Assembly: GCA_001192655.1 (NCBI GenBank)
Contig: BBVC01000071.1
Coordinates: forward strand, 1 to 24,140
From: Caedimonas varicaedens
GTDB taxonomy: Bacteria > Pseudomonadota > Alphaproteobacteria > Caedimonadales > Caedimonadaceae
Length of the DNA: 24,140 bases
Reading direction: 5' to 3'
A model generated the notes under the pieces. That model searched no databases. It saw only the letters and a list, made by a program, of their open reading frames with translations, and was not told the origin of the DNA. Each line of letters starts with the position of its first letter. The first letter of the stretch is position 1. The translations under genes and the position numbers were made by a program. This document shows positions 16,580 to 23,956 of this stretch, piece after piece.

Positions 16580-16656
16580 ATATTAGGAAAATTTTTTACT
16601 TCTCGCATATTGTGTTATTGTTTTATTGACTATAAAAATAGTAAAAGGCTTTAATT

Positions 16657-17649
16657 ATGGCTTCTATTGTTCCTTTCCCTGCACGTTTTGAACTTCAGGA
16701 AGCGCAGCGCGTGCTGAATTTAGAGGCTGAGGCTTTAAAAAAGCTGAGTCAGAGTCTGGATGATTCTTTTGCAAAAGCTGTCAAAATTCTTCATGATACC
16801 AAAGGACGCGTTGTCATTACAGGAATGGGGAAAAGCGGTCATGTAGCACGCAAAATCGCCGCCACATTGTCTTCGACGGGGACCCCTGCCCTGTTTGTCC
16901 ACCCTGCTGAAGCAAGTCATGGGGATTTGGGTATGATTTCTTCGAAAGACAGTATTGTCGCACTTTCTGTATCAGGAGAAACCAGTGAACTTTCTGATAT
17001 TATTGAATATGCCCGACGCTGGTCTCTTCCCTTGATTGCTGTCACCCAACATTCCAAAAGCACTCTTGCAGAAGTTGCCACCATCACCCTTCAATTACCC
17101 AATATTGAGGAAGCGTGTGCCATTGGCCTTGCGCCAACCACGTCCACGACAATGATGATGGCATTAGGAGATGCCCTGTCCACCACATTGATGAAATATC
17201 AGGGGTTTTCTCCTGAAAATTTTGGCGACCTTCATCCAGGTGGCAAATTGGGACAACGTCTCAAAAGAATACGTGACCTCATGCACACAGGAAATGAAAT
17301 TCCCTTGGCTTCCCAGAATGTTTCAATGAAAGAAGCCCTTCTCGTGATCACATCAAAAGGATTTGGATGCGTGGGTCTGGTTGATGATAATGACGGATCG
17401 CTCAAGGGTATTATTACAGATGGAGATTTGCGACGCCACATGAGTTCTAATCTTCTGGATCTTCCCGCATCCGAAGTAATGACAACCGATCCAATGGCTG
17501 TTGAAGGTCATGTTTTGGCTCAGGAAGTTCTAGCGCTTCTTAACCAGTATCGTCGGACGAACTTGTTTGTGATAGAAATGAAAGAGGGAAAAAGGATGCC
17601 TATCGGCATTGTTCACATCCATGATTTTTTGCGTGCAAATATGAATTGA
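16657..17649 (+). CDS. kpsF: Arabinose-5-phosphate isomerase (KpsF/GutQ family; SIS domain plus tandem CBS)
   Basis: SIS motif VVITGMGKSGHVARKIAATLSSTGTPALFVHPAEASHGDLGM, followed by a C-terminal CBS pair. 330 aa. Sits directly upstream of lptC-lptA-lptB, as in many proteobacteria. Confidence 0.9.
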   Translation: MASIVPFPARFELQEAQRVLNLEAEALKKLSQSLDDSFAKAVKILHDTKGRVVITGMGKSGHVARKIAATLSSTGTPALFVHPAEASHGDLGMISSKDSIVALSVSGETSELSDIIEYARRWSLPLIAVTQHSKSTLAEVATITLQLPNIEEACAIGLAPTTSTTMMMALGDALSTTLMKYQGFSPENFGDLHPGGKLGQRLKRIRDLMHTGNEIPLASQNVSMKEALLVITSKGFGCVGLVDDNDGSLKGIITDGDLRRHMSSNLLDLPASEVMTTDPMAVEGHVLAQEVLALLNQYRRTNLFVIEMKEGKRMPIGIVHIHDFLRANMN

Positions 17650-17654
17650 GAAAA

Positions 17655-18311
17655 ATGAAACTGTCAAACTCTTCAAAACATCTCCCTATAGGCGCCATAC
17701 AGCATCACCGTAATGCTAAGTATACGCGACGCGTGCAGAAATTGCGCAAGGCTCTTCCTTTCTTTGCCAGTATCTTATTTATGCTGATTATCTTCTGGCC
17801 GGAAATGAGAGCGTTTTTAGAAAAATCTTCTCTACCTGAAACAAATATTAAGAAAATGATCCAGGGACGCAACCGGTTGAGTTCCCCACGTTTCCAATCA
17901 ATCGACGAAAAAGGAAGACCCTATTATTTGACTGCCAAAAATGCCATCCAAAAAAATAATCATACCGCAGACCTTGAAGTTCCTTACAGTAAAATGCAGA
18001 TGGAAGATGGCGCTATTGTTGAAATTAATTCAGACATTGGCTTTTACAATGACCTTACCAAAAAATTGGATTATAAGGATAATGTCAAATTAAGAAGCGA
18101 TACAGGCTATGACTTGAGAACATCTCTTGCGCATGTGAATTTAGAGAACAAGCAGGCGGACGGAGACAGAGACGTAGAAGGAGAGGGTCCCACAGGAAAA
18201 ATCTGGGCTCAAGGATTTCATACAACTCAGGGTGGTGTTATCCATTTCAAAGGAAAAAGCCGTTTAATCATTGACAAAAACAAGCAAGCCAGTCCTAGGG
18301 AGAAATCGTGA
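17655..18311 (+). CDS. lptC: LPS export system periplasmic anchor protein LptC
   Basis: N-terminal single TM helix (LPFFASILFMLIIFWP) followed by a beta-rich periplasmic domain. Position between kpsF and lptA. The track start TTG 17646 overlaps the kpsF stop; ATG 17655 is in frame. Confidence 0.7.
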   Translation: MKLSNSSKHLPIGAIQHHRNAKYTRRVQKLRKALPFFASILFMLIIFWPEMRAFLEKSSLPETNIKKMIQGRNRLSSPRFQSIDEKGRPYYLTAKNAIQKNNHTADLEVPYSKMQMEDGAIVEINSDIGFYNDLTKKLDYKDNVKLRSDTGYDLRTSLAHVNLENKQADGDRDVEGEGPTGKIWAQGFHTTQGGVIHFKGKSRLIIDKNKQASPREKS

Positions 18312-19462
18312 AATCAAGCTATCTACTCTATGCTCTCTCCGTACTTTTTCTTTTGGGAGAGGGAGAGAGTCTTTCTTCTAATTCTGCTCATCAAAGTGGC
18401 AATCCTCTGGATATATCACGGGATCTCCCTCTCGAAATCAACTCAGAAAATGGCATTGTTTGCGAAAAAGAAAAAAATATCTGTATAGCATCCGTCAATG
18501 TGATTGCCTCTCACGGCGACTATGTGCTGAATTGTGATACCCTGATTGCCTATTTTCGGGAAGGAAAAGACAAAAAAACAGAACTTTGGCAGGTTGAAGC
18601 TCAAGGAAATGTTATCCTGCATTCAATAAAAGATCATCGTGTGGCTTATGCCCAGCATGGTTTTTATACGTTGGACGATGAGCACGCCATCCTGACAGGC
18701 GATAATTTAAAGCTGGAAGTGGATGATCTGACTGTCACTGCCACAGATGCTCTTGAGTACTTCAAAAGTAAAAACATTGCTCTTGCCAAGGGGGATGCTG
18801 TCGCTGTTAAAAAAGACCAAATGATTAAGGGAGAAACGCTGATCTCTTATTTTCGGGAAGGAAAAGATAAAAAAACAGAGCTTTGGCAACTGGAAGCCCT
18901 GGAAAATGTGACGATCCAGTCGACGACTGATCATCATGTGGCTTATGCTCAGCATGGTCTTTATACATTGGATGATGAACACGCTGTTCTGACAGGCGAT
19001 AATTTAAAACTGGAAGTGGATGATCTGACCGTCACCGCCAGAGATTCCCTTGAGTATTTCAAGAACAAAAATATCGCCTTTGCTAAAGGAAATGCTGCAG
19101 CTACTAAGGAAAATCGACTGATTAAAGGAGAAATGCTTAAGGTTTATTTTGGCGAGAACAACGAGGGCAAGCAGTATATCAAGAAAATCGAGGCCTTTGA
19201 AAACGTGTTGATTTCCACAGAGACTGAAATTGCAACAGGTGATTATGGACGTTATTTGAAAGACGAAGACTTTGCTATCCTCGAGGGAAATGTCAAAATT
19301 AGTCGCGAGGATGGACAGATGGATGGACAATACGCTGAGGTAAAGCTGGACACGGGGGTGAGTAAAATGTTACATCACTCTTCGAATGCTTCAGAAAATC
19401 CCAAAAAAAAAGATGGACGTGTCCATGTTCTGCTTTTACCGAAACAAAAGAAAGCACCGTAA
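18308..19462 (+). CDS. lptA: LptA-like periplasmic LPS transport protein (OstA-like repeats), unusually long at 384 aa
   Basis: GTG start overlapping the lptC stop (GTGA). Signal peptide MKSSYLLYALSVLFLLG. Repeated OstA-type pattern (A.GNV.I......A.A..G.Y......A.L.G). Position between lptC and lptB. Lys-rich C-terminal tail. Confidence 0.75.
   Translation: MKSSYLLYALSVLFLLGEGESLSSNSAHQSGNPLDISRDLPLEINSENGIVCEKEKNICIASVNVIASHGDYVLNCDTLIAYFREGKDKKTELWQVEAQGNVILHSIKDHRVAYAQHGFYTLDDEHAILTGDNLKLEVDDLTVTATDALEYFKSKNIALAKGDAVAVKKDQMIKGETLISYFREGKDKKTELWQLEALENVTIQSTTDHHVAYAQHGLYTLDDEHAVLTGDNLKLEVDDLTVTARDSLEYFKNKNIAFAKGNAAATKENRLIKGEMLKVYFGENNEGKQYIKKIEAFENVLISTETEIATGDYGRYLKDEDFAILEGNVKISREDGQMDGQYAEVKLDTGVSKMLHHSSNASENPKKKDGRVHVLLLPKQKKAP
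18542..19135 (+). repeat. In-frame tandem duplication inside lptA: 2 x 297 bp (99 codons each), followed by a diverged third unit from 19136
   Basis: Unit 1 (18542-18838) is LIAYFREGKDKKTELWQVEAQGNV...MIKGET. Unit 2 (18839-19135) is LISYFREGKDKKTELWQLEALENV...LIKGEM. About 75 of 99 aa are identical by my count, with long identical nucleotide runs (for example TATTTTCGGGAAGGAAAAGA). Confidence 0.9.
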
Positions 19463-19470
19463 CGTAATAG

Positions 19471-20232
19471 ATGCAACCAAATTTAAATAACGATTCTCTT
19501 CCCCTCTCTTCCATGGGATTACAAGCCAGGGATTTATATAAATCTTATCGCAAACGTGCTGTTGTTCAAGGCGTAAGCTTACAGGTACAAAGGGGAGAAG
19601 CTGTAGGACTTTTGGGCCCCAATGGCGCTGGCAAAACTACTTGCTTTTCCATGATTGGCGGACTCGTTAGTCCTGATAAGGGAGCCATTTACCTTGACGG
19701 CCATGACATCAGCTCCCTGCCTATGTATCGACGAGCGCGTCTGGGAATAGGCTATCTTCCCCAGGAAGCTTCTATTTTTCGCGGGATGACTGTTGAAGAC
19801 AATATTCGCGCCATTTTGGAAATTACAGAACCTGACCGGGATAAACGCGAAGATACTCTTAATAATCTGCTTTCTGAATTTATGATTACGCATTTGCGAC
19901 GCTCTTCAGCGCTGACGCTTTCAGGAGGGGAACGTCGACGTGTAGAAATTGCCAGAGCACTTTCGGCTCATCCCCATTTTATTATGCTTGATGAACCTCT
20001 TGCGGGAATTGACCCCATTGCCGTACACGATATTCGCGAGCTGATTTCTCATCTTAAAAATCGTCATATCGGCGTTCTGATTACAGACCATAATGTGCGC
20101 GAAACCCTTGATATTGTAGATAGAGCATATATTATCAATGAGGGTCGTGTTTTAATGGAAGGAAGCCCCTCAGATATCATTGCAGATAAGAATGTGCGGC
20201 GCATTTATTTGGGAGAAAGCTTCAAGCTCTGA
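19471..20232 (+). CDS. lptB: LPS export ABC transporter ATP-binding protein LptB
   Basis: Walker A GPNGAGKTT, Q-loop YLPQE, signature LSGGERRRVEIARAL, Walker B IMLDEPLAGIDP, H-loop ITDHNV. Possible later start at 19513. Confidence 0.9.
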   Translation: MQPNLNNDSLPLSSMGLQARDLYKSYRKRAVVQGVSLQVQRGEAVGLLGPNGAGKTTCFSMIGGLVSPDKGAIYLDGHDISSLPMYRRARLGIGYLPQEASIFRGMTVEDNIRAILEITEPDRDKREDTLNNLLSEFMITHLRRSSALTLSGGERRRVEIARALSAHPHFIMLDEPLAGIDPIAVHDIRELISHLKNRHIGVLITDHNVRETLDIVDRAYIINEGRVLMEGSPSDIIADKNVRRIYLGESFKL

Positions 20233-20271
20233 ACGACATCAAAGAGAATTTTAATTATAAATGACAAATCC

Positions 20272-20300
20272 TTGAGGATTAAAAGTCTAAGGATTATAAT
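20272..20300 (+). promoter_or_regulatory. Candidate sigma70 promoter for hpf
   Basis: TTGAGG (20272-20277), 17-nt spacer, perfect TATAAT (20295-20300), about 70 nt upstream of the hpf ATG. Confidence 0.35.
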
Positions 20301-20371
20301 AAAAACATGAGGGAGATAAAATTTTGGGAAACTTTACTCTCTTTTCATATCTCAGCAAGTAAGGATATAAA

Positions 20372-20950
20372 ATGACTATTTCTGTATCGGGTCGCCACGT
20401 TGACATTAGTGATGCTTTTAAGGGACATGTACTGAACGGATTGAATGAATTGTGGGCGAAACATCATGTAACGCCAGTTGAAGCCCATGTCATTCTTTCC
20501 AAAGAGGGTGTTTTTTTTCTTTGCGACATTTCCGCGAAGCTTGGTAAAAGCTCTTCCTTGCGATGCCAGGGAAAAGGAGATAAAGCTTACTCAAGCTTCG
20601 ACAACGCCCTTGTTACCTTGACGCAGCGGTTAAGACGCCATCGCGAGAAAATCAAGGATCTACACTATCACACCGGACATGACAAGACAGGATCTCTGCC
20701 GCTCTATGTACTGAATGGTACTGCTCCTGACGAGACAGGAAAAGAGTTGGAAGAGCATCATACAGCGGCAATCATTGCTGAAATTAAAACTGAAATCCCC
20801 TTGCTTTCTGTCAGCGAAGCAGTGATGGAGCTTGATTTAACCGATAGTGAAGCTTTCGTCTTCCGCAACAAAACCCACCATAAAATTAATATGATTTACC
20901 GTAGACGCGATGGTCATATTGGATGGATTGATCCTAGTAGTGTGGAATAA
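20372..20950 (+). CDS. hpf: Ribosome hibernation promoting factor, long form (S30AE domain plus C-terminal dimerisation domain)
   Basis: AAGGA upstream of the ATG. N-terminus MTISVSGRHVDISDAFKGHV. C-terminal domain LLSVSEAVMELDLTDSEAFVFRNKTHHKINMIYRRRDGHIGWIDP. 192 aa. Confidence 0.9.
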   Translation: MTISVSGRHVDISDAFKGHVLNGLNELWAKHHVTPVEAHVILSKEGVFFLCDISAKLGKSSSLRCQGKGDKAYSSFDNALVTLTQRLRRHREKIKDLHYHTGHDKTGSLPLYVLNGTAPDETGKELEEHHTAAIIAEIKTEIPLLSVSEAVMELDLTDSEAFVFRNKTHHKINMIYRRRDGHIGWIDPSSVE

Positions 20951-20975
20951 ATGAGAAGATCTGAAGAGTTGTCTC

Positions 20976-21005
20976 TTGACATGGGCGGCGACGTCGCCCT
21001 ATAAT
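20976..21005 (+). promoter_or_regulatory. Consensus sigma70 promoter (TTGACA-N18-TATAAT) with a GC-rich palindrome in the spacer
   Basis: -35 TTGACA at 20976-20981 and -10 TATAAT at 21000-21005. The spacer contains the perfect 12-bp palindrome GGCGACGTCGCC (20987-20998). The same GC hairpin followed by a T6 run could alternatively act as the hpf terminator. Confidence 0.5.
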
Positions 21006-21030
21006 TTTTTAGAAACTTTTTAGAAGTGTT

Positions 21031-21099
21031 ATGAAAACTTATTTCAACAATTTTTTCTTTTCTTACTTTTATTTTGCGCCAACAAGCGCAAAATACTAA
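21031..21099 (+). CDS. Candidate 22-codon Phe/Tyr-rich leader peptide ORF (MKTYFNNFFFSYFYFAPTSAKY)
   Basis: ATG about 25 nt downstream of the consensus -10. 6 Phe and 4 Tyr in 22 codons. Its 3' part overlaps a perfect 9-bp hairpin. It lies upstream of aromatic amino-acid permease genes. Caveats: the region is T-rich, so Phe/Tyr/Leu-rich translations arise in any frame, and the SD (AGAAG) is weak. Confidence 0.35.
   Translation: MKTYFNNFFFSYFYFAPTSAKY
21071..21094 (+). promoter_or_regulatory. Leader hairpin 1
   Basis: ATTTTGCGC (21071-21079) / GCGCAAAAT (21086-21094), a perfect 9-bp stem with the 6-nt loop CAACAA, spanning leader codons 14-22. Confidence 0.5.
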
Positions 21100-21139
21100 T
21101 TCTATTCCCCTTATTCGTTATCTAGTAATCTCATCACTC

Positions 21140-21164
21140 AAATCCCCCCTTAAGGGGTATTTTT
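21140..21164 (+). terminator. Terminator-like hairpin directly upstream of the permease SD (candidate attenuator)
   Basis: Perfect palindrome CCCCTTAAGGGG (21146-21157). Outer AAAT/ATTT pairing is possible, and it is followed by a U-rich run to 21164. The SD AGAGGAAG starts at 21165. The stem is short (4 G-C pairs), so function is uncertain. Confidence 0.3.
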
Positions 21165-21174
21165 AGAGGAAGTT

Positions 21175-22401
21175 ATGAAAAAAGTAATTCTTTCTGCCTG
21201 TCTTGTTGCAGGCACATCCGTAGGAGCCGGTATGATCGCGCTCCCTATGGCGCTCTGTAAAATTGGCATCTTACCCACGATCATTCTGATTTTGGGCGTA
21301 TGGTTTTTTATGTATGTTTCTGGAATTTTGGGAATCGAACTCAACTTGCGGGCGGGACGTGGACTTCCCCTGGGAAAACTTGCACGTCTTTATAGCGGAC
21401 CCATTGCGTCAAGTATCGGAACAATCAGCCTCATTCTTCTGATTTACGCCTTGCTGTGCGCCTACCTCTATGGGGGCGCTTCCATTTTGCAAAGCTTTCT
21501 TGCCTCTCATGTGGGATGGTCATTGGAATTAAAAAGCATTGTTCTTGTATATGCCTTTTTGTTGGGGCTCTTGCTCATTTTTCCTGTGGGATCCATTTTG
21601 CAAGTTAATCGTATTTTATTCACAATTCTGCTGGTTTTTTTCAGTCTTTTAGTCTGTGGGCTTTTGTATAAAATTGAGCTTTCTCATTTGCCTCTTTTAG
21701 ATCATTCGGCTACCAACCTGCGATCCTGGACAGAAGCGATTCCTGTTTTATTTACTTCCTATGGATTTCAGGTCATTTTTCATACACTGACAAATTTTTG
21801 TGATAAAAACCCTGTTATCCTGAAGCGCTCTATTTTTTGGGGGAGTTTGATTCCCGCGATTGTTTATATCATCTGGACGATCAGCACGTTGGGGGTACTT
21901 TATCGCTATGCTCCACAAGAGTATCAGCAATTGCTGGCAGGAAAATTGGAAGTCGGACAATTTATCCAGGCTCTAGCACAAACAGCATCCTGGCCGCTTG
22001 TACAAATCCTTGCCAGTGTCATTTCCATATTAGCGATTATGAAGTCATCCATAGGCGTAGGATTGGGTTTATTCGAAGCCTGGCAAGAACAATTCAATAT
22101 CAGGCGACCTGACAAATCAATCCTGCTAAATATCGTGTGCGTGACGCTCACTCTTGTGCCACCCCTGATCATTGCCCTCTTTGTACCTCAATTATTCCTG
22201 AAGGCATTAAGTTTTGCGGGGATGGTTCTTGTCATCATTGCCCTATTGTTACCTCTCTGGTTGATTCATCAACCAAAGGCACAACAAATAAAGGCCTTTT
22301 ATACTCTTGTTGAACATCGAGGATTACAACTGGTTTGTCTTGGTTTTGGACTCCTGGTTATTTTATGTGAAATGACCAATATGCTGGTATGGAGAGGATA
22401 A
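21175..22401 (+). CDS. Aromatic amino-acid permease, HAAAP family (TyrP/Mtr/TnaB-like), paralogue 1
   Basis: 408 aa and polytopic. The N-terminal signature CLVAGTSVGAGMIALPMAL parallels E. coli TyrP/Mtr (VAGTTIGAGMLAMP). SD AGAGGAAG. Confidence 0.9.
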   Translation: MKKVILSACLVAGTSVGAGMIALPMALCKIGILPTIILILGVWFFMYVSGILGIELNLRAGRGLPLGKLARLYSGPIASSIGTISLILLIYALLCAYLYGGASILQSFLASHVGWSLELKSIVLVYAFLLGLLLIFPVGSILQVNRILFTILLVFFSLLVCGLLYKIELSHLPLLDHSATNLRSWTEAIPVLFTSYGFQVIFHTLTNFCDKNPVILKRSIFWGSLIPAIVYIIWTISTLGVLYRYAPQEYQQLLAGKLEVGQFIQALAQTASWPLVQILASVISILAIMKSSIGVGLGLFEAWQEQFNIRRPDKSILLNIVCVTLTLVPPLIIALFVPQLFLKALSFAGMVLVIIALLLPLWLIHQPKAQQIKAFYTLVEHRGLQLVCLGFGLLVILCEMTNMLVWRG

Positions 22402-23621
22402 TGAAAAAATTAATTCTTTCAATTTGTCTTGTTGCAGGTACATCCATAGGAGCCGGTATGATCGCGCTTCCTATGGCATTGTGCAAAATTGGTATCTTGC
22501 CTACTATTGTCCTGATTTTGGGTGTATGGTTTTTTATGTATCTCTCAAGTCTGATAGGGGCAGAGATAAATCTTCGTGCTGGTCACGGACTTCCTCTGGG
22601 CAAGCTTGGGAGCCTCTATAGCGGTCCTATCGCATCAAGTATTGGAACTGTCAGTCTTATTCTTCTGATTTACGCCCTGCTGTGTGCCTACCTCTATGGG
22701 GGCGCTTCCATTTTGCAAAGCTTTTTTGCCTCTCATCTGGAATGGTCTCTGGAATTAAAAGGCATTGTTCTTATCTACACACTTTTATTGGCGATTGTGC
22801 TAGCAGCCCCTGTGGGATCAGTTCTGGAAGTTAACCGCGTCTTGTTTGGCAGCCTTTTAATCTTTTTTGCGTTGTTGGTTCTTGGGCTTTTGTACAAGGT
22901 AGATTCGACTCATCTTCCTCTTGTAGAGAAATTATCGCTCCAGTTAGACTCGTGGACAGGGGCTATTCCTTTGCTGTCAACGTCTTTTGGATTTCAGGTT
23001 GTTTTGCATACCCTAACAAATTTTTGCGATAGAGACCCTGTACTCTTAAAACGCTCTATTTTCTGGGGAAGCCTGATTCCCACGATTGTTTATATCCTCT
23101 GGACAATCAGCACACTAGGAGTTCTTTATCACTTTGCTCCGCTAGAGTATCAGCAATTGCTGGTGGGAAAATTGGAAGTCGGCCAATTTATTCAGGCTCT
23201 GGCACAAACAGCATCCTGGCCTCTTGTCCAAATGCTTGCTGCTGTGATCTCGATTGTTGCCATCGTTAAATCTTCTGTTGGGATAGGATTGGCCTTATCC
23301 GATGCCTGGCAAGAGCAATTCGGAAAATTGAATGCCAAAAGGCAGAATACCCTGAAGATGGTATCGGTCGTTCTCACACTCATCCCACCTCTTGGAATGG
23401 CGCTCTTTGTCCCTCAGTTATTCCTTAAAGCCTTGAGGTTTGGTGGAATGGTCTCTATTGTGATTGCAATTTTGCTGCCATTATGGCTGATTACCCGTCC
23501 AAAAGCCCAGGAAAGGAAGGTTTTTTACGCTCTGACCCAACGTCAAGACATTCAGATGCTCTGCCTTGGTTTTGGTATTTTGGTCATTTTATGTGAGGTG
23601 ATCAATATAATCATAAATTAG
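22401..23621 (+). CDS. Aromatic amino-acid permease, HAAAP family, paralogue 2
   Basis: Start ATG 22401 shares one base with the TAA of paralogue 1 (TAATG) and is preceded by GGAGAGGA. The track ORF starts 4 codons earlier. About 70-80% aa identity to paralogue 1 by eye, with long identical DNA stretches. Confidence 0.9.
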   Translation: MKKLILSICLVAGTSIGAGMIALPMALCKIGILPTIVLILGVWFFMYLSSLIGAEINLRAGHGLPLGKLGSLYSGPIASSIGTVSLILLIYALLCAYLYGGASILQSFFASHLEWSLELKGIVLIYTLLLAIVLAAPVGSVLEVNRVLFGSLLIFFALLVLGLLYKVDSTHLPLVEKLSLQLDSWTGAIPLLSTSFGFQVVLHTLTNFCDRDPVLLKRSIFWGSLIPTIVYILWTISTLGVLYHFAPLEYQQLLVGKLEVGQFIQALAQTASWPLVQMLAAVISIVAIVKSSVGIGLALSDAWQEQFGKLNAKRQNTLKMVSVVLTLIPPLGMALFVPQLFLKALRFGGMVSIVIAILLPLWLITRPKAQERKVFYALTQRQDIQMLCLGFGILVILCEVINIIIN

Positions 23622-23635
23622 GTATACCCAAAGGA

Positions 23636-23737
23636 TTTCAAAATCTGAGAGACGGACGAGCGGTGAGTCCCGCACAGTGTACATGAAATACGTGAGCAGG
23701 AACGAATTCCAAAGTCCAACGACCTCAGATTTTGAAA
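23636..23737. repeat. Palindromic intergenic repeat element, copy B (about 102 bp)
   Basis: Perfect 14-bp terminal inverted repeat TTTCAAAATCTGAG (23636-23649) / CTCAGATTTTGAAA (23724-23737). The core at 23663-23708 (GTGAGTCCCGCACAGTGTACATGAAATACGTGAGCAGGAACGAATT) is related to copy A. It lies between convergent 3' ends. Confidence 0.6.
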
Positions 23738-23773
23738 AGAGAAAGGTATATTTCCGTTTTGATATCCTGCTCT

Positions 23774-23956
23774 TTATCCCAACACTTTTTGCAAGCCCGG
23801 GATTCTGAGCAGGATTTTCTCAGAGAGTAACCATGAGCCGCCAAACCCTAAACCAAAAACAATCAGAATCTTAGCAACAGTGGGCAATTCAACTCCAATC
23901 AGCCCGTACTGAAGCCAGATCACCATCGCCTCATGGGTCAGGAAAATAGCATATAG
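23774..23956 (-). pseudogene. Probable 3' remnant of a membrane-protein gene truncated by the adjacent IS
   Basis: Minus-strand reading frame LYAIFLTHEAMVIWLQYGLIGVELPTVAKILIVFGLGFGGSWLLSEKILLRIPGLQKVLG*, with the stop at 23776-23774. It is open right up to the in-frame TAG at 23959-23957 beside the IS end and has no credible start. It is hydrophobic and resembles a C-terminal helix pair. Family not recognised with confidence. Confidence 0.3.

Noticed and set aside
18542-19135. Tandem repeats as a possible CRISPR array or VNTR
   Set aside because: The units are 297 bp, in frame, protein-coding and contiguous without spacers. This is an internal gene duplication in lptA. No CRISPR-like short repeat/spacer pattern was seen anywhere in the window.
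7981-23383. Miscellaneous antisense or off-frame ORFs inside confident genes (for example 5588-5875, 7981-8280, 8489-8740, 8595-8816, 11109-11381, 12075-12404, 13353-13880, 15382-15609, 15936-16252, 16735-16920, 17232-17441, 18707-19330, 19299-19514, 19579-19893, 21150-21344, 21748-22172, 22424-22621, 23192-23383)
   Set aside because: Each is nested within or antisense to a gene with clear family motifs, and none has an independent signature.
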